Shown in pieces: positions 13,001 to 25,168 of a stretch of DNA of 64,000 nucleotides. The first letter of the stretch is position 1. Each line of letters starts with the position of its first letter. Position numbers and translations under genes: made by a program. The stretch comes from Raja brachyura (lineage: Eukaryota), in NCBI GenBank assembly GCA_963514005.1, contig OY740807.1, positions 11,222,001-11,286,000 on the forward strand. Direction: 5' to 3'. The notes beneath the pieces are model-generated. The model worked only from the letters and a program-made list of their open reading frames with translations, was not told the DNA's origin and made no database searches.

Positions 13001-14149
13001 ACAGATTTCCAGTCCACTTTCAGTAAACTGAGCCAATTTTTGCCCATCAACCTTGGCCTATTGACATAACTGCAGCAGCTATTGGTAACTTCAAAATCTT
13101 GCTTTGTGTTGTACATCACAAACTATCTGTCCACGTCTCTCCAATACTTCTCCAGAGCATGTTTTCAGCTGAACGTTTGTTTCTGTGATGGGCATGGTGC
13201 TAAACCTGGATTTATAGGTGTCTTTGCATATAATTGTGCAATCAGCAGCGGTGTCAGTACACATAATAACGTATTGTTTGACCTTTGTCTGAAAGTCTTC
13301 CTTTCCATACTCGCTGTTCGTAGTTTAGTACAGTCCAAGTTCATTACTCACTGACTGTTCTTCGAGGTTGTGAATCCCACGCATTTGGTTTAATCAAGCC
13401 TTTTATTTAGCTTTGTCCTGTGATGGTGCTCCACAATATGACCTTTCTTTTGACAGTTGTAGCACTTAGAGTCCTTGAACTGGCACTTATTTGCTTTGTG
13501 TTGACCATTGCATCGATAGCACATATCTGCGCTTTTCCCTGAACTTTGCTGTGAAGGCCTTTTCCCTGTCTTGTCATGCTTGTGTTTTGGAACTGCCTTT
13601 TGACTGTTGACCGTGCCAGCATGTGTTGGTCGAAACTCATGTGCACTTTGACATGCCATCTCCATGCCCAAAGCAGGTTTGCATGCCAAATCAAAGGTAA
13701 GGGCTGGTGTGTTCAGTAATTTTGATTGGATTCGCACATCCAGCGTTCCACTTATAAATCTATCACGCAAAGCTCGATGCAGAAATGTTGCAAAATTGCA
13801 GTGTAGAGCCAACTTCTTCAATGAGATAATGTACTCACCCACAGTCTCACCAGACTTCTGTTTTTTTGTGTGACATTTGTAACTTTCTGCAATCTCTATG
13901 GCCTTAGGGTTGAAGTGAGCATCAAGTTTTGAGAGAACAGCCCCAAATAAAACATTCCTTGCGTTCTCTTGGGCCAGGTGAGAGTTTTATAAACTTAAGG
14001 ACCAATTTCAGTTCATGGAATGGCAGTCTTTCGTTCCTGGATGCCCTTGTTTTGTGCTCTTATCTGCACTTGATCAGCATCCTCAAATATAAGATATTAC
14101 GGCTTCAGCATGTAGATAGAAACAAACACAGGTTTACAGTACATGCTGT
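10024..14149 (-). mobile_element. Decayed Gypsy/Ty3 LTR retrotransposon
   Basis: Domain order gag (CYRCNGQHKANKC knuckle, 13390-13842), RT, RNase H (LKLACEASSCGVG), integrase (LVSDNGPQF, YHPASNG). The 3' LTR at 10024-10230 has TG...CA ends and an adjacent polypurine tract at 10231-10243; a partial 5' LTR lies at 14088-14149. Many stops and frameshifts. Confidence 0.92.
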
Positions 14150-15389
14150 TCAGCACACGCTGTTCATGGGTAATTCAAAGGACAGCGCCACTAATTAAGC
14201 ACAATGTTGAAATATTATGCTGAAATTCTGTGGAGAAACATGAATTTGCAACCTATTACTGATGCAGAAGAACCACTACTGAACCAAAAGGTTTCATAAA
14301 ACTGCCTGCTTCATACCTGGGTCTCAATTTTTAAAGGTGCTGATTCATGGTTGAGGTTGTTATTCTGCGGCTTAGCCTGCATGATAATAGGACTAAACAG
14401 TTGGTCAAAGAGGCACGTTTTAACGACCAGCCTGGGAGGAGGGAGGTGTACCTTCCCAATGGGAGCAGCGAGGTGAGGGTGTGGCCAAGGTGGTGTTGTA
14501 CCCTGCTATTATTTGCTGCCTTGAGGTAGCACTTCCTGTGGATCCCTTCAATGGTGGGGAGGTCAATAATTGTGTTGGGCAATAATTGGGCAATATTCAC
14601 CACCTTCGATAGTCGAAGAAATTATAAATTATCTCAGCGGGCCAGGCAGCATGTCTGGAGAATGTGGATGGACAAAATTTCTGGTTGGGTCCCATCTTCT
14701 GACCCGGAATGTCACCTTCATATACTCCAGCATTTTGTGTCTGTCTTTGAATAAGCCAACATCTGAATTTCCTTGATATTAAAAAGCCACCTTCTTCCTT
14801 CATAAGTAATAGCAGAAATAGGCAATTTGGGCCACCAATCATGGTTGCTCTATCTTGCCCTCTTAACCCCATCCTCCTGCCTTCTCCCCATAACCCCTGA
14901 CACCCGTACTAACCGGGAATCTATCTCTGCCTCGAAAAGTATCCATTAACGGCCTCCACATCCTTCTGTGGCAATGAATTCCACAGATTCACTACCCTCT
15001 AACTAAAGAAATTCCTCCTCTTCTCCTTCCTAAAGGAACATCCATGAATTCTATGACAAAGATAGACACAAAAAGCTGGAGTAACACAGCGGGACAGGCA
15101 GCATCTCTGGAGAGAAGGAATGGATGACGTTTCAGGTCGAGAGCTTTCTTCGGACTTTTATGACCTTGGTACTAGACTCTTGCACAAGTGGAAACATCCA
15201 CTCTGCATACCTATGCATGAATGCGTTTGAGTATCTGAACCATGCCATGATGTAACCCATCAGTATGCTCTCTACTTGTAGAAGTTGCAAAGGGTCTAAG
15301 TTGATGGCTGGGCAACTGATACTGGAGCAAAATTAATTTATCTGACTCTGGTCTTTCATGTGCTGGGATTGGGACTTTGGCTGAACATG

Positions 15390-16035
15390 GAAAGTAGGTG
15401 CAGGAGTAGGCCATTCAGCCCTTCGTGCCACCCATGATCAATATGATCATGGCAGATTATCCAGATATGCTGGTTCCTGCTTTTTACCCATATTCCTTGA
15501 TTCCGTTAGCCCGAAGAGCTACATCTATATCTCTCGAATACATCCAGTGAATTGCCTTCCACTGCCTTCTGTGGCAGAGAATTCCACAGATTCACAACTC
15601 TCTGGGTGAAGTCTTTCCTCATCTCAGTCCTAAGTGGCCTACCGCTTCTTAAAATGTGACTCCCTGGTTCTGGACTCCCCCAACATGGGGAGCATTTTTC
15701 ATGCATCTAGCTTGTCCAATCCCTTAAGAATTTTATATGTTTCTATGAGATATCCTCTCATCCTTCTAAAAGATTAATTCCTTCATCAAAATCGTTAATG
15801 TATATTGTAAATAGCTGGTGTCCCAGCACTGAGCCTTGCGGCACCCATTCTGAAAATAACCTGTTAATTCCTCTTTGCTTCCTGTCTGCCAACCAGTTTT
15901 CTATCCATGTCAATACCTTACCCCCAATACCTTGTGCTTTAATTTTTCACACTAATCTCTTGTGTGGGACCTTGTCAAAAGCTTTTAAAAAGTCCAGATA
16001 CACCACATCCACTGGCTCTCCCTTATCCATTCTAC
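15390..16035 (-). mobile_element. CR1 LINE fragments, internally deleted
   Basis: Matches the 3' end and RT region of the CR1 copy at 49804-51925 (FTQRVVNLWNSLPQKAVE). Confidence 0.8.
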
Positions 16036-16231
16036 TTTCCAGAAGATTCGGTCTCTAGGTTCGGTCAGGAGCGCTCACTAGTTGGTGATAGGATGGTTCA
16101 GTTGCCTGGTAACAGTTGGGAAGAAACTGTTCCAGATTGTGGAGGTGTGCTTTTTCAAACATTTTTACCCCTTGCCTGATGTTAGGAGGAGAAGAGGGAG
16201 TGTTCGGGATGAGACTGGTCATTGATTATGC

Positions 16232-16322
16232 CTGAGGAAGGGTCTCGACCCGAAACGTCGCCTATCTCCTTCGCTCCTTAGATGCTGCTGCACCTGCTGA
16301 GTTTCTCCAGCCTTTTGTGTAC
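16232..16322 (+). mobile_element. 91-bp PLE-derived insertion starting at a hammerhead core
   Basis: Begins CTGAGGA-A-GGGTC-TC-GACCC-GAAA-CG-TC and is flanked by the 12-bp duplication CATTGATTATGC. Confidence 0.8.
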
Positions 16323-16882
16323 CATTGATTATGCTGGTGGCCTTACCGAGGCAGCATGAAGTATAGAGTGTGGAGTCAAACTAAACTAGAAATATGCTGT
16401 CACAATGTGTGCTTTACATTGTTTCTGTGATTTATAGATGGGATGGGGTTTGATTAACATTGAATGTTGGTGATTTTTAGCTTTTATTGTTGAGATAACA
16501 TTGAACAGTAGTAATGTGGTTACTGTATAAAGAGAATATTCATATTAGGAAAGGTTTTGAAGGACTTGGGCCAGTTGCAGGCAAGTGGGACTATCTTGGT
16601 AGGAAACTTGCACATATTTCAGAACGTTTTCAATGAGCAGCAGAAAGATTATCTCTTTGACTTTGTGGGGGTAAAGTCAAGTATCCCTTGAATTTGTTGC
16701 ATCAATTCCTTCCAATGTTTCGTAAGTATCTAAACAGATTAGAATGTTTTACAAATTGATTTTTTTTTAAACATGCCAAGGTATTAACAAGATTGCTAGG
16801 ATAATCTCTACAGAGTCTATTTTGTTGAATTGGCTTAAGTTGCAAAATAACAAGGCTCTATTAAATCTTGCTTTTCCCCCAG

Positions 16883-16985
16883 GTGGACAATCCGGGCTCG
16901 TGTTACCAATAAAAGTCAGATTAGAACGTGGAGCAACTCCCGTGGAGAAGGGAAACTATTTTCTATGGAGCTGCTGGATGAAAGT
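16883..16985 (+). CDS. RPA1: RPA1 coding exon (exon 8 equivalent, DBD-A), 103 nt
   Basis: [34 protein letters not shown] with canonical AG/GT sites. Confidence 0.97.
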
Positions 16986-18123
16986 GTAAGAATCCTACTC
17001 TGCATGAATGCTTCTGTTCAATCAGTTTTCTGCTCTGTTTGTTCACCAATAGGGGGTGTTTGTGCCAAACTGCTCCAATTTAAGCAGCCAACCTTGCGAT
17101 GGTCAACAGGGGGCAATCTTCCATTGCTACTCAAGTGGTCCTGTAGGGAGATCTTTTGCAAATGGTTACCAAACCGATCCATTTTTGTTTGGTCTGCTTA
17201 TACTTGGCACAATTAGTCAACTTATTGATTGAATTGATGGACTTATTTTATTAAACTTTTAAAATTGCGCATTGATTTGTTTTAATTTTTTTTTAATGGG
17301 CTGTATTAGGATTATCGTTGGAGCTTTGTGGAAAGGGTGGAATTAAATTCTATTTCAAATTATTGTAATAGATTTTGAAATATTTGTTTGTACGTTCGGG
17401 ACCTGCACAGGCCAAAAATTTCACGGCCTGGCACCAGACTGTCCCACACTTTTTGAAGACATGCCATCATCTGGATTTTCTGCGGTTGCCACAGCCAGCA
17501 CTGATCCAACATTTGGTTTTGTGCCATCTTGGTTATAGCACTTAACGGAGGGGTTTAGAGCTACTCTCTAATTGATTTGACAAACCGCCTTTCAAGTATC
17601 ATTTTCATACTGCCGTGCTAAAAATACCTGCAAAAAAAAATCGAGCTCTTGTTAGCTGATCCAATGCTGTTGCCTGCCTGTTAAGTTTCTGAAGGTTGGT
17701 GCATATGTTGCATTAGTACATCCCTGCTGATTTAGAATAGACTTTTAACAGCTACAAAAAATTATCACTTTCGTTTACAGGATCTATTTTATGTAAGAAG
17801 TCTTTAACCCTTTTGCTAATCCCAGAATGGTTTTGAATAATCCAATTTCCAATTTCAAAACCATTTTGTTTTGCTAAGTTATTTGTGAATTGGTTTCAGC
17901 TGCTGACAGTTTGTGGATTGAGTGAAAGCGTTTTAACTGACAGGTGGCATCTGTTCGGAACGCAATGGAAGAGCAGTGATGTAAATCTTTGCAAACTTCA
18001 TGCTCCTCTCACCTGGAACTCTCAATGTGGAAGTAACTTATGATACTCCACTTATTAGCTATCTAATAATTTGCTGCTTTTTATATTTTAGAATTCTTTC
18101 TTGCATGTAGAAGGTTAAAAGGA

Positions 18124-18607
18124 AAACATAGAAACATAGAAAATAGGTGCAGGAGTAGGCCATTCGGCCCTTCGAGCCTGCACCGCAATTCAATATGATC
18201 ATGGCTGATCATCCAACTCAGTATCCTGTTCCTGCCTTCTTTCCATACCCCCTGATCCCTTTAGCCACAAGGGCTACATCTAACTCCCTCTTAAATATAG
18301 CCAATGAAGCCAGTGTTAACCATTAAAACGTGCATTTTATGAGGCTGGTGGCGAACTTCCATGTGTAGGAAGGAATAAAGGGGAGGCCATTTAAGACTGA
18401 GAAAAAACTTTTTCACCCAGAGACTTTTGAATTTGTGGAATTCCTTGCCACAGAGGGCAGTGGAGGCCAAATCACTGGATGGATGTAAGAGAGAGTTAGA
18501 TAGAGCTCTAGGGGCTAGTGGAATCAAGGGATATGGGGAGAAGGCAGGCACGGGTTATTGATTGGCGACGAATGGCCTCCTCCTGCACCTGTTTTCTATG
18601 TTTCTAT
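18124..18607. mobile_element. Two short CR1 3' ends in opposite orientation (minus about 18124-18310, plus about 18370-18607)
   Basis: Both carry the TTTCTATG tail repeat and the CR1 3' UTR seen in the longer copies. Confidence 0.8.
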
Positions 18608-18696
18608 GAACTGCAGATGCTGGTTTAAACTGAAGATTAATGCAAAAAACTGGAGTGACTCAGCGGGACAGGCAGCATCTCTGGAGGAAAGAAATA

Positions 18697-20349
18697 CAGT
18701 GCCCTCCATAATGTTTGGGACAAAGACCCATCATTTATTTAGTTGTCTCTGTTCTCCACAATTTGAGAATTGTTACAGAAAAAAATCACATGGTTAAAGT
18801 GCCCATTGTCAGATTTTATTTAAGGGTATTTTTAAACATTTTGGTTTCACCATGTAGAAATTACAGCAGTATTTATACATAGTCCCCCCATTTCAGGTCA
18901 CTATAATGTAAATTAAGGTAGCCATTTTGTTTAGTATTCTGTTGCATATCCTTTGCATGCAATGACTGCTTGAAGTCTGCGATTCATGGACATCACCAGT
19001 GGCTGGGTGTCTGCTCTGGTGATGCTCTGCCAGGCCTGTATTGCAGCCATCTTTAGCTTATGCTTGTTTTGGGGGCTAGTCCCCTTCAGTTTTCTCTCCA
19101 GCATATAATAGCAATGCTCAATTGGGTTCAGATCGGGCGATTGACTTGGCCACTCAAGAATTGACCATTTTTTTTTAAGCTTTGAAAAACTCCTTTGTTG
19201 CTTTAGCAGGGTGTTTGGGATCATTGTCTTGCTGTAGGATGAACCGCTGGCCAATGAGTTTTGAGGCATTTGTTTGAACTTGAGCAGATAGGATGTGTCT
19301 ATACACTTCAGAATTCATTTTGCTACTACCATCAGCAGTTGTTTCATCAATGAAGATAAGTGAGCCAGTACCTTCAGCAGCCATACATGCCCAGGCCATA
19401 ACACCCCCACCACTGTGTTTCACAGATGAGGTGGTATGCTTTGGTCCTTGGGCAGTTCCTTCTCTCCTCCATACTTTCCTCTTGCCATCACTCTGATATA
19501 AATTAATCTTTGTCTCATCTGTCCACAAGATCTTTTTCGAGAACTGTGTTTGCTCAAACTGAAACCCGGTCATCCTATTTTTACGGCTAACCAGTGGTTT
19601 GCATCTTGCAGTGTGACCTCTATATTTTTGTTCATGCAGTCTTCTGCGGACAATGGTCATTGACAAATCCATACCTGACTCCTGAAGAGTGTTTCCGATC
19701 TGTTGGACAGGTGTTTGGGGCTTTTTCTTTATTATGGAGAGAATTCTTCTGTCATCAGCTGTGGAGGTCTTTCTTGGCCTGCCAGTCCCTTTTGTGATTA
19801 GTAAGCTCACCAGTACTCTCTTTCTTCTTAATGATGTTCCAAACAGTTGATTTTGGTAAGCCTAAGGTTTGGCTGATGTCTCTAACAGTTTTATTCCTGT
19901 GTCTCAGTCTCATAATGCCTTCTTTGACTTTCATTGGCACAACTTTGGTCCTCGTGTTGATAAACAGCAATAGAAGTTTCCAACGGCGATGGAAAGACTG
20001 GAGGAAAGACTAGGTGCTGTGAGCTCTCTTGTACCTGCATTAAGGAGGCAATTAAACACACCTGAGCAATTGCAAATATCTGTGAAGCCATGTGTCCCAA
20101 ACATTATGGTACCCTGAGATTGGGGGGGGGGGGGGGGGGGGGGGGGAGGGAGAGTGATACTATGTATAAACACAGCTGTAATTTCTACATGGTGAAACCA
20201 AGATGTATAAAAATGGCGTTAAGTAAAAATCTGACAATGTGCACTTTAACCACATGTGATTTTGTTTCTATTACAAAGCTCAAATTGTGGAGTACAGAAG
20301 CAAATAAATAAATGATGGGTCTTTGTCCCAAACATTATGGAGGGCACTG
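18697..20349 (-). mobile_element. Tc1 (DD34E) transposon copy 2, near full length with frameshifts
   Basis: TA-flanked, with the same TIRs as copy 1. ORFs 19755-19970, 19175-19810 and 18931-19269 cover the HTH region, GRPRK hook and DDE domain. Inserted into a PLE-derived palindromic repeat. Confidence 0.95.
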
Positions 20350-21952
20350 TAGGTAAATGTGAGGGTAAGCATCTTAACCTGTAACATCATCTATTCCTTT
20401 TCTCCAGAGATGCTGCCTGACCCGCTGAGTTACTCCAGCATTTTATGTTTAAGAAGGAACTGCAGATGCTGGAGCACAGCTTGAGTTTGATTTTTCTCCT
20501 TGCCTTCCAATTCGTTCTCGCCATCCAGAGTAGTTGGAACACATTTGTGGCTAAAGATAACAAATGATTGGACTGAATCGCACCACTTTCTTGCCTTCTC
20601 TTATTCCAAGTCTGCTGCCTTCCTCGGGAGCCCCAACTCCAGACACTGAAAGGTTATTACTCGCTCTGAGTTCCAGGGTTACTTCCGTCTGGGAATGGGA
20701 AAGGCAGAAACGTAAGACCAAATTCAGGTGGTTATTAAACTATAAGGCATCGATAGGTTAAACATAAATAAGATGCCTACATTTGAGGGAAATAGATAGG
20801 GTGAGTGTGTAGTATTTCACCCTCAGTCAGTGTATCATGACCAGAGAACATAGGTTTAAGATGCGAGGGGAAATAGGAACCCAAAGTGCAACTTTTTCGC
20901 TGAGGGTGGTGGATATATGGAACAAACTGTCAGAGGAGGTAGTTGAGGAAGGTACTATATAATTTAAAATACATTTGGACAGGTACATGATTAGGAAAGG
21001 TTTTGAGGGATATTGGGCCAAATGAGGGCAAGTGGGACATGTAGATGGGGCATCTTAGTTAGCATTGGCAAGTTGGGCTGAAGGGCCTGCTTCAATGCTC
21101 TATGACTCTAGAGCAAGAATCCTGTGCAAATCTACTTCACAAGTGCGGAGAATATGGCCATTCACTCACTAATGTAAGGAATGACTAAGGCAAATAGAAC
21201 AGACATATTTAAGAGGAAGTTTTATACACACTCAGATGCACAGAATGAATAGCTTGGTATTCATGATTCAATGGTACGGTCGGGACACTTCATAAAGATG
21301 ATTCAAAACTTTCATCTCATTCAGGACCATCAAGTGTTTAAGACTAAAAATGTTGCCAGACAGGATAAGATTCCTTTTGTTCTGGAGTCCCAGTGGAACA
21401 TCGTTAAAGTTTCATCTGCCACAATTTTGAACACATTTTTAGGAGCAATGTACACAGCAGAAAGATACTCAGTTATGAGAGCAGATCATAGTCTCCATTA
21501 AACAGTTGACCTTGGACCCTGAAACAACTCAAGATGAGATTTGTCCCTGACTCTTCCAGTAATTTTTATTAATTATTCAGTCTGTGGTCACCAGCGAGAC
21601 CAGCATTTACTGCCCGTTCCAAATTGCTCTCTGGCAAACGGTCTTACATTGAAGCTGTCCATGTTGGGGAGATACCACCAGGATTTGATCCAGTGACCAA
21701 GAAGATAGGACATAAGGGCAATGTACCAGCAGCTCAATGAGAGAGGACTGTAGAAGCAATGCTCTTCCTATGTGTCTTCTGGAGTGGTGGCGTTCAGTTG
21801 GGATACTGTGAAAGGAGTTGAGGCAGATTTTTGAAGTCCACTGCTGGTTGAAGTAGTGGCTGTTTAGCATTGAGTGTTATCTGGGTGATGTCAAGCTTGT
21901 TCATTTGCTGATGGTTCTGTGCACTTACAGGCAAGTGGAAACCATTCTGTTA

Positions 21953-22040
21953 GAGATCTCGACCCGAAACATCGCCTATCTCCTTCACTCCTTAGATGCT
22001 GCTGCACCCGCTGAGTTTCTCCAGCTTTTTGTGTAACCCC
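21953..22040 (+). mobile_element. Short PLE-derived insertion, 5' truncated within the hammerhead
   Basis: Flanked by the 11-bp duplication CCATTCTGTTA at 21942-21952 and 22041-22051. Confidence 0.75.
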
Positions 22041-23432
22041 CCATTCTGTTACTCTCCTGGCATACCTTGTGGGAAGGTTTTGGAGAGTCGGAAGGCAAGC
22101 TGTTTTCTACCATCTGGCTCGATCAAATAAGTCAGTGGTGAGATCTCCAGAAAGTGAGATTCGGGAATGGCAAAGACATTGAATTTATTTGGACAAGTAT
22201 ATGGATAGGAAGGGTTTAGATGCATGTGGGCCAAATGCAGGTAAATGCGACTAGCCTGGAATGGCAACTTGGTGAGCATGGATAAGTTGGGCCAAAGGGC
22301 CTGTTTCTATCTGCGGATGAATCTGACGTATTGAATGTCAAGGGACCTCTTTAAATTCAGAAGGTCTTCTGAGTGACATTAAATGCTCAGTATTTTGGTT
22401 TATTGTCATTTGTATACTGTGTGCGTATAAATAATATGGGTGGTTATAATATATATAATATGTGTCGAGAGAGAAAGATCAGATTTTAAAAAGCGCAAGG
22501 GCTGTAAAAAGGTAGATTGGAAGATCAAAAAATGTATCCGAAGTGTGATGTCCATTCAAGAGTCCAATAACAGCGGGAAGTGGCTGTTCTTGAATTTGGT
22601 GGTACATGCTTTCAAGCTTTTCTTTCTTTGCCTGACGGGAGAGGTGTACAGAAGGAACGACAAGGCATATGTGTGGTTCTTGATTGATGGCTGCTTTCCT
22701 CAGGCAGTATGATCTCTATGGTGCATCTGTAGAAATTGGTAAGAGTCATTTTGAGATGTGCTGAATTTTTGTGGGTCCAGGAGTGAGGAGATAAGTTTGG
22801 TTGGAATAATGATTTGAAGGCAAAGGAGTCTGGCGTAGATGTCCATGTTGTCATATGTTCCAGGAATTAATGTTAAGGCCATGAAGATGCGTCTTCTGTG
22901 GTCTTGCTGCAGCAAATTGCAGTGCATCAATGTTATCTGTGACCATAATTAATCAGTTGAAGCACTTCATGAGGGTGTCAAAGCCACTAGGCAGTAGTCG
23001 TTTTGGCACCCTACCCTCCCCCCCCCCCCCCCCCCCCCCCCCTCTCTTGTTACTGGACGAGGGTTACTTTGTCTCTTGGAATTGGAGTTTTAAAATAATA
23101 CTATTCATCAACAAATATTTTTGCAAGTGACCCTCTGATGAAGTGAATGTCAATGATAAAGCACCTAAGGTAATCATTATAGGACATTGTCCCGAATAAC
23201 CCCTGGAACAATATCCTAATTTAGAACAATATAACACAGGAACAGGCTCTTTGGCCCATGATGTCTGCCAGATACGGCAAATCAAACTAATCTCTTCTGG
23301 GTGCATGTGATCCACAACCCTCCATTCCCTGTATATTCACGTGCCTATCTAAAAGCTTTTTAAATGCCACTATCGTATTTGTTAACCCTCACCCTACCCC
23401 TGGTAGCGTATTCCAGGCACTTACCATTCTGT

Positions 23433-23683
23433 GGTTACACAAAAAGCTGGAGAAACTCAGCGGGTGCAGCAGCATCTAAGGAGCGAAGGAGATAGGCGAC
23501 GTTTCGGGTCGAGACCCTTCTTCAGACTGAAGTTCGGGTCGAGACCCTTCTTCAGTCTGAAGAAGGGTCTCGACCCGAAACGTCGCCTATCTCCTTCGCT
23601 CCTTAGATGCTGCTGCACCCGCTGAGTTTCTCCAGCTTTTTGTGTAACCCTCGATTCTCCAGCATCTGCAGTTTCTTCTTTAA
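23433..23683. mobile_element. Palindromic PLE-derived element with hammerhead cores on both strands
   Basis: 100-bp perfect inverted arms at 23433-23532 and 23550-23649. About 15-bp target duplication CACTTACCAYTCTGT within a CR1 fragment. Confidence 0.85.
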
Positions 23684-24954
23684 CACTTACCACTCTGTGT
23701 CGTTTAACAAAAGTTGCACCACTCATCGACTAAACTTTTCCCCCTTTCACCTTGATCCCTCTCGAACTTGACATTTCCCCTGTGGGAAAAAGATTCTGAC
23801 TTGCCTATTCTATCTATGCCCCTCAATTTTATATCCTAGCCTTGGGTCTCTCCTCAACTTCCGACTGTTCTCGAGAAAGAAATCCGGCCTGTCCTTGTAG
23901 CTAATAGCCTCTAATCCAGACAGCATTCTCCTAAACCTCTCCTGCACCCTCACCAAAACTTAAACATTCTTTCTGTAATGAGGCTTCCAGAAAAGATATC
24001 AAGATAATAGCCACCAAATGTTGCTACCATTTTCCTTTGTACTGCATTTACATGCACCTCATCCACATTCCTGTTGATTACAATTTTGCTGGGATTTTTT
24101 TATGCTACATCTGGTGACATGGTAACAGCAGGATTCTTGGCAGACATTCAAAATTTGCATTTATATCTTTTTATTATAATAAGAGATGCAAATAATAAAT
24201 TGTGTATAATCTTGGATTTTCTGATTTGCAAATTTTAGGGTCAGTAATAAATTGTAGACATGGCTTAATTTCCTGGAGTAGTTTTGACAATCCAGTTAGA
24301 GGATTGAGTGTGTAGCCTTGTTAGGGGTGCACCTGAATCTTCGCTGCAGTTTGTAGATTCGGAAATATATCAGCAGGGATCTGATTAATGCAGCAAGGAA
24401 GAGTTTGGGGTTGAAGTTACACGCATGGAATTTACATCCCAAAACTGGTACATGCAGGTGTTTATCCTCAACATGACTTCACTTTAATGACTAATTCCTA
24501 ATCTAATGACTCTAATTAGACTCATCTCTGTCTATTCTTTCCTGTGCATAAATCAGGCCGCCCCTCAGATCTCTGAAATGTATTTGTTTCTTCCATTCCA
24601 TATAGTAGAACAGAACAGGACAGGAACAGGCCCTTCGGCCCACGATGTCTCAGCCAAATTTGATGCTACGACCAACTCTTTATCTGCCCGCACATTTCCC
24701 TCCAATTCGCTGCAAATCCATGTGCCTCCTCCAAAAGTCTCTTAAATACCATTGTTGTATCTGGGAAGCAGCTAACGAGTTGCTGCCCATTCGAACTTGA
24801 ACTGTACAAGTTGGGTTTATTTTGTGTATGTTGTACATATACATCCAGGTGTCTGCTGTAAGTTGGGTTGTACCCTGCCTGTGGGTGCCTTTTTAATTTG
24901 GGTGTGGATACCAGGTCTGATTTGCTCTTTGGGATGCTATTCTAGATATACTTT

Positions 24955-25168
24955 AGAAACATAGAAATATAGAAAATAGGTGCAGGAGTAGGCCATTCGG
25001 CCCTTCGAGCCTGCACCGCCATTCAATGTGATCATGGCTGATCATCCAACTCAGTATCCCGTACCTGCCTTCTCTCCATACCCCCTGATCCCTTTAGCCA
25101 CAAGTGCCACATCCAACGCCCTCTTAAATATAGCCAATGAACTGGCCTCAACTACCTTCTGTGGCAGA
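24955..25168 (-). mobile_element. CR1 3' end fragment
   Basis: Near-identical to 49804-50010. Confidence 0.85.

Noticed and set aside
20122-20146. Long G or C homopolymers (also near 23020, 26890, 43265 and 57590) as G-quadruplex elements
   Set aside because: Most lie within repeats and their lengths are unreliable in assemblies; there is no evidence of function.
23431-23726. Mirror-image ORFs on both strands
   Set aside because: They are a by-product of the palindromic repeat, not genes.
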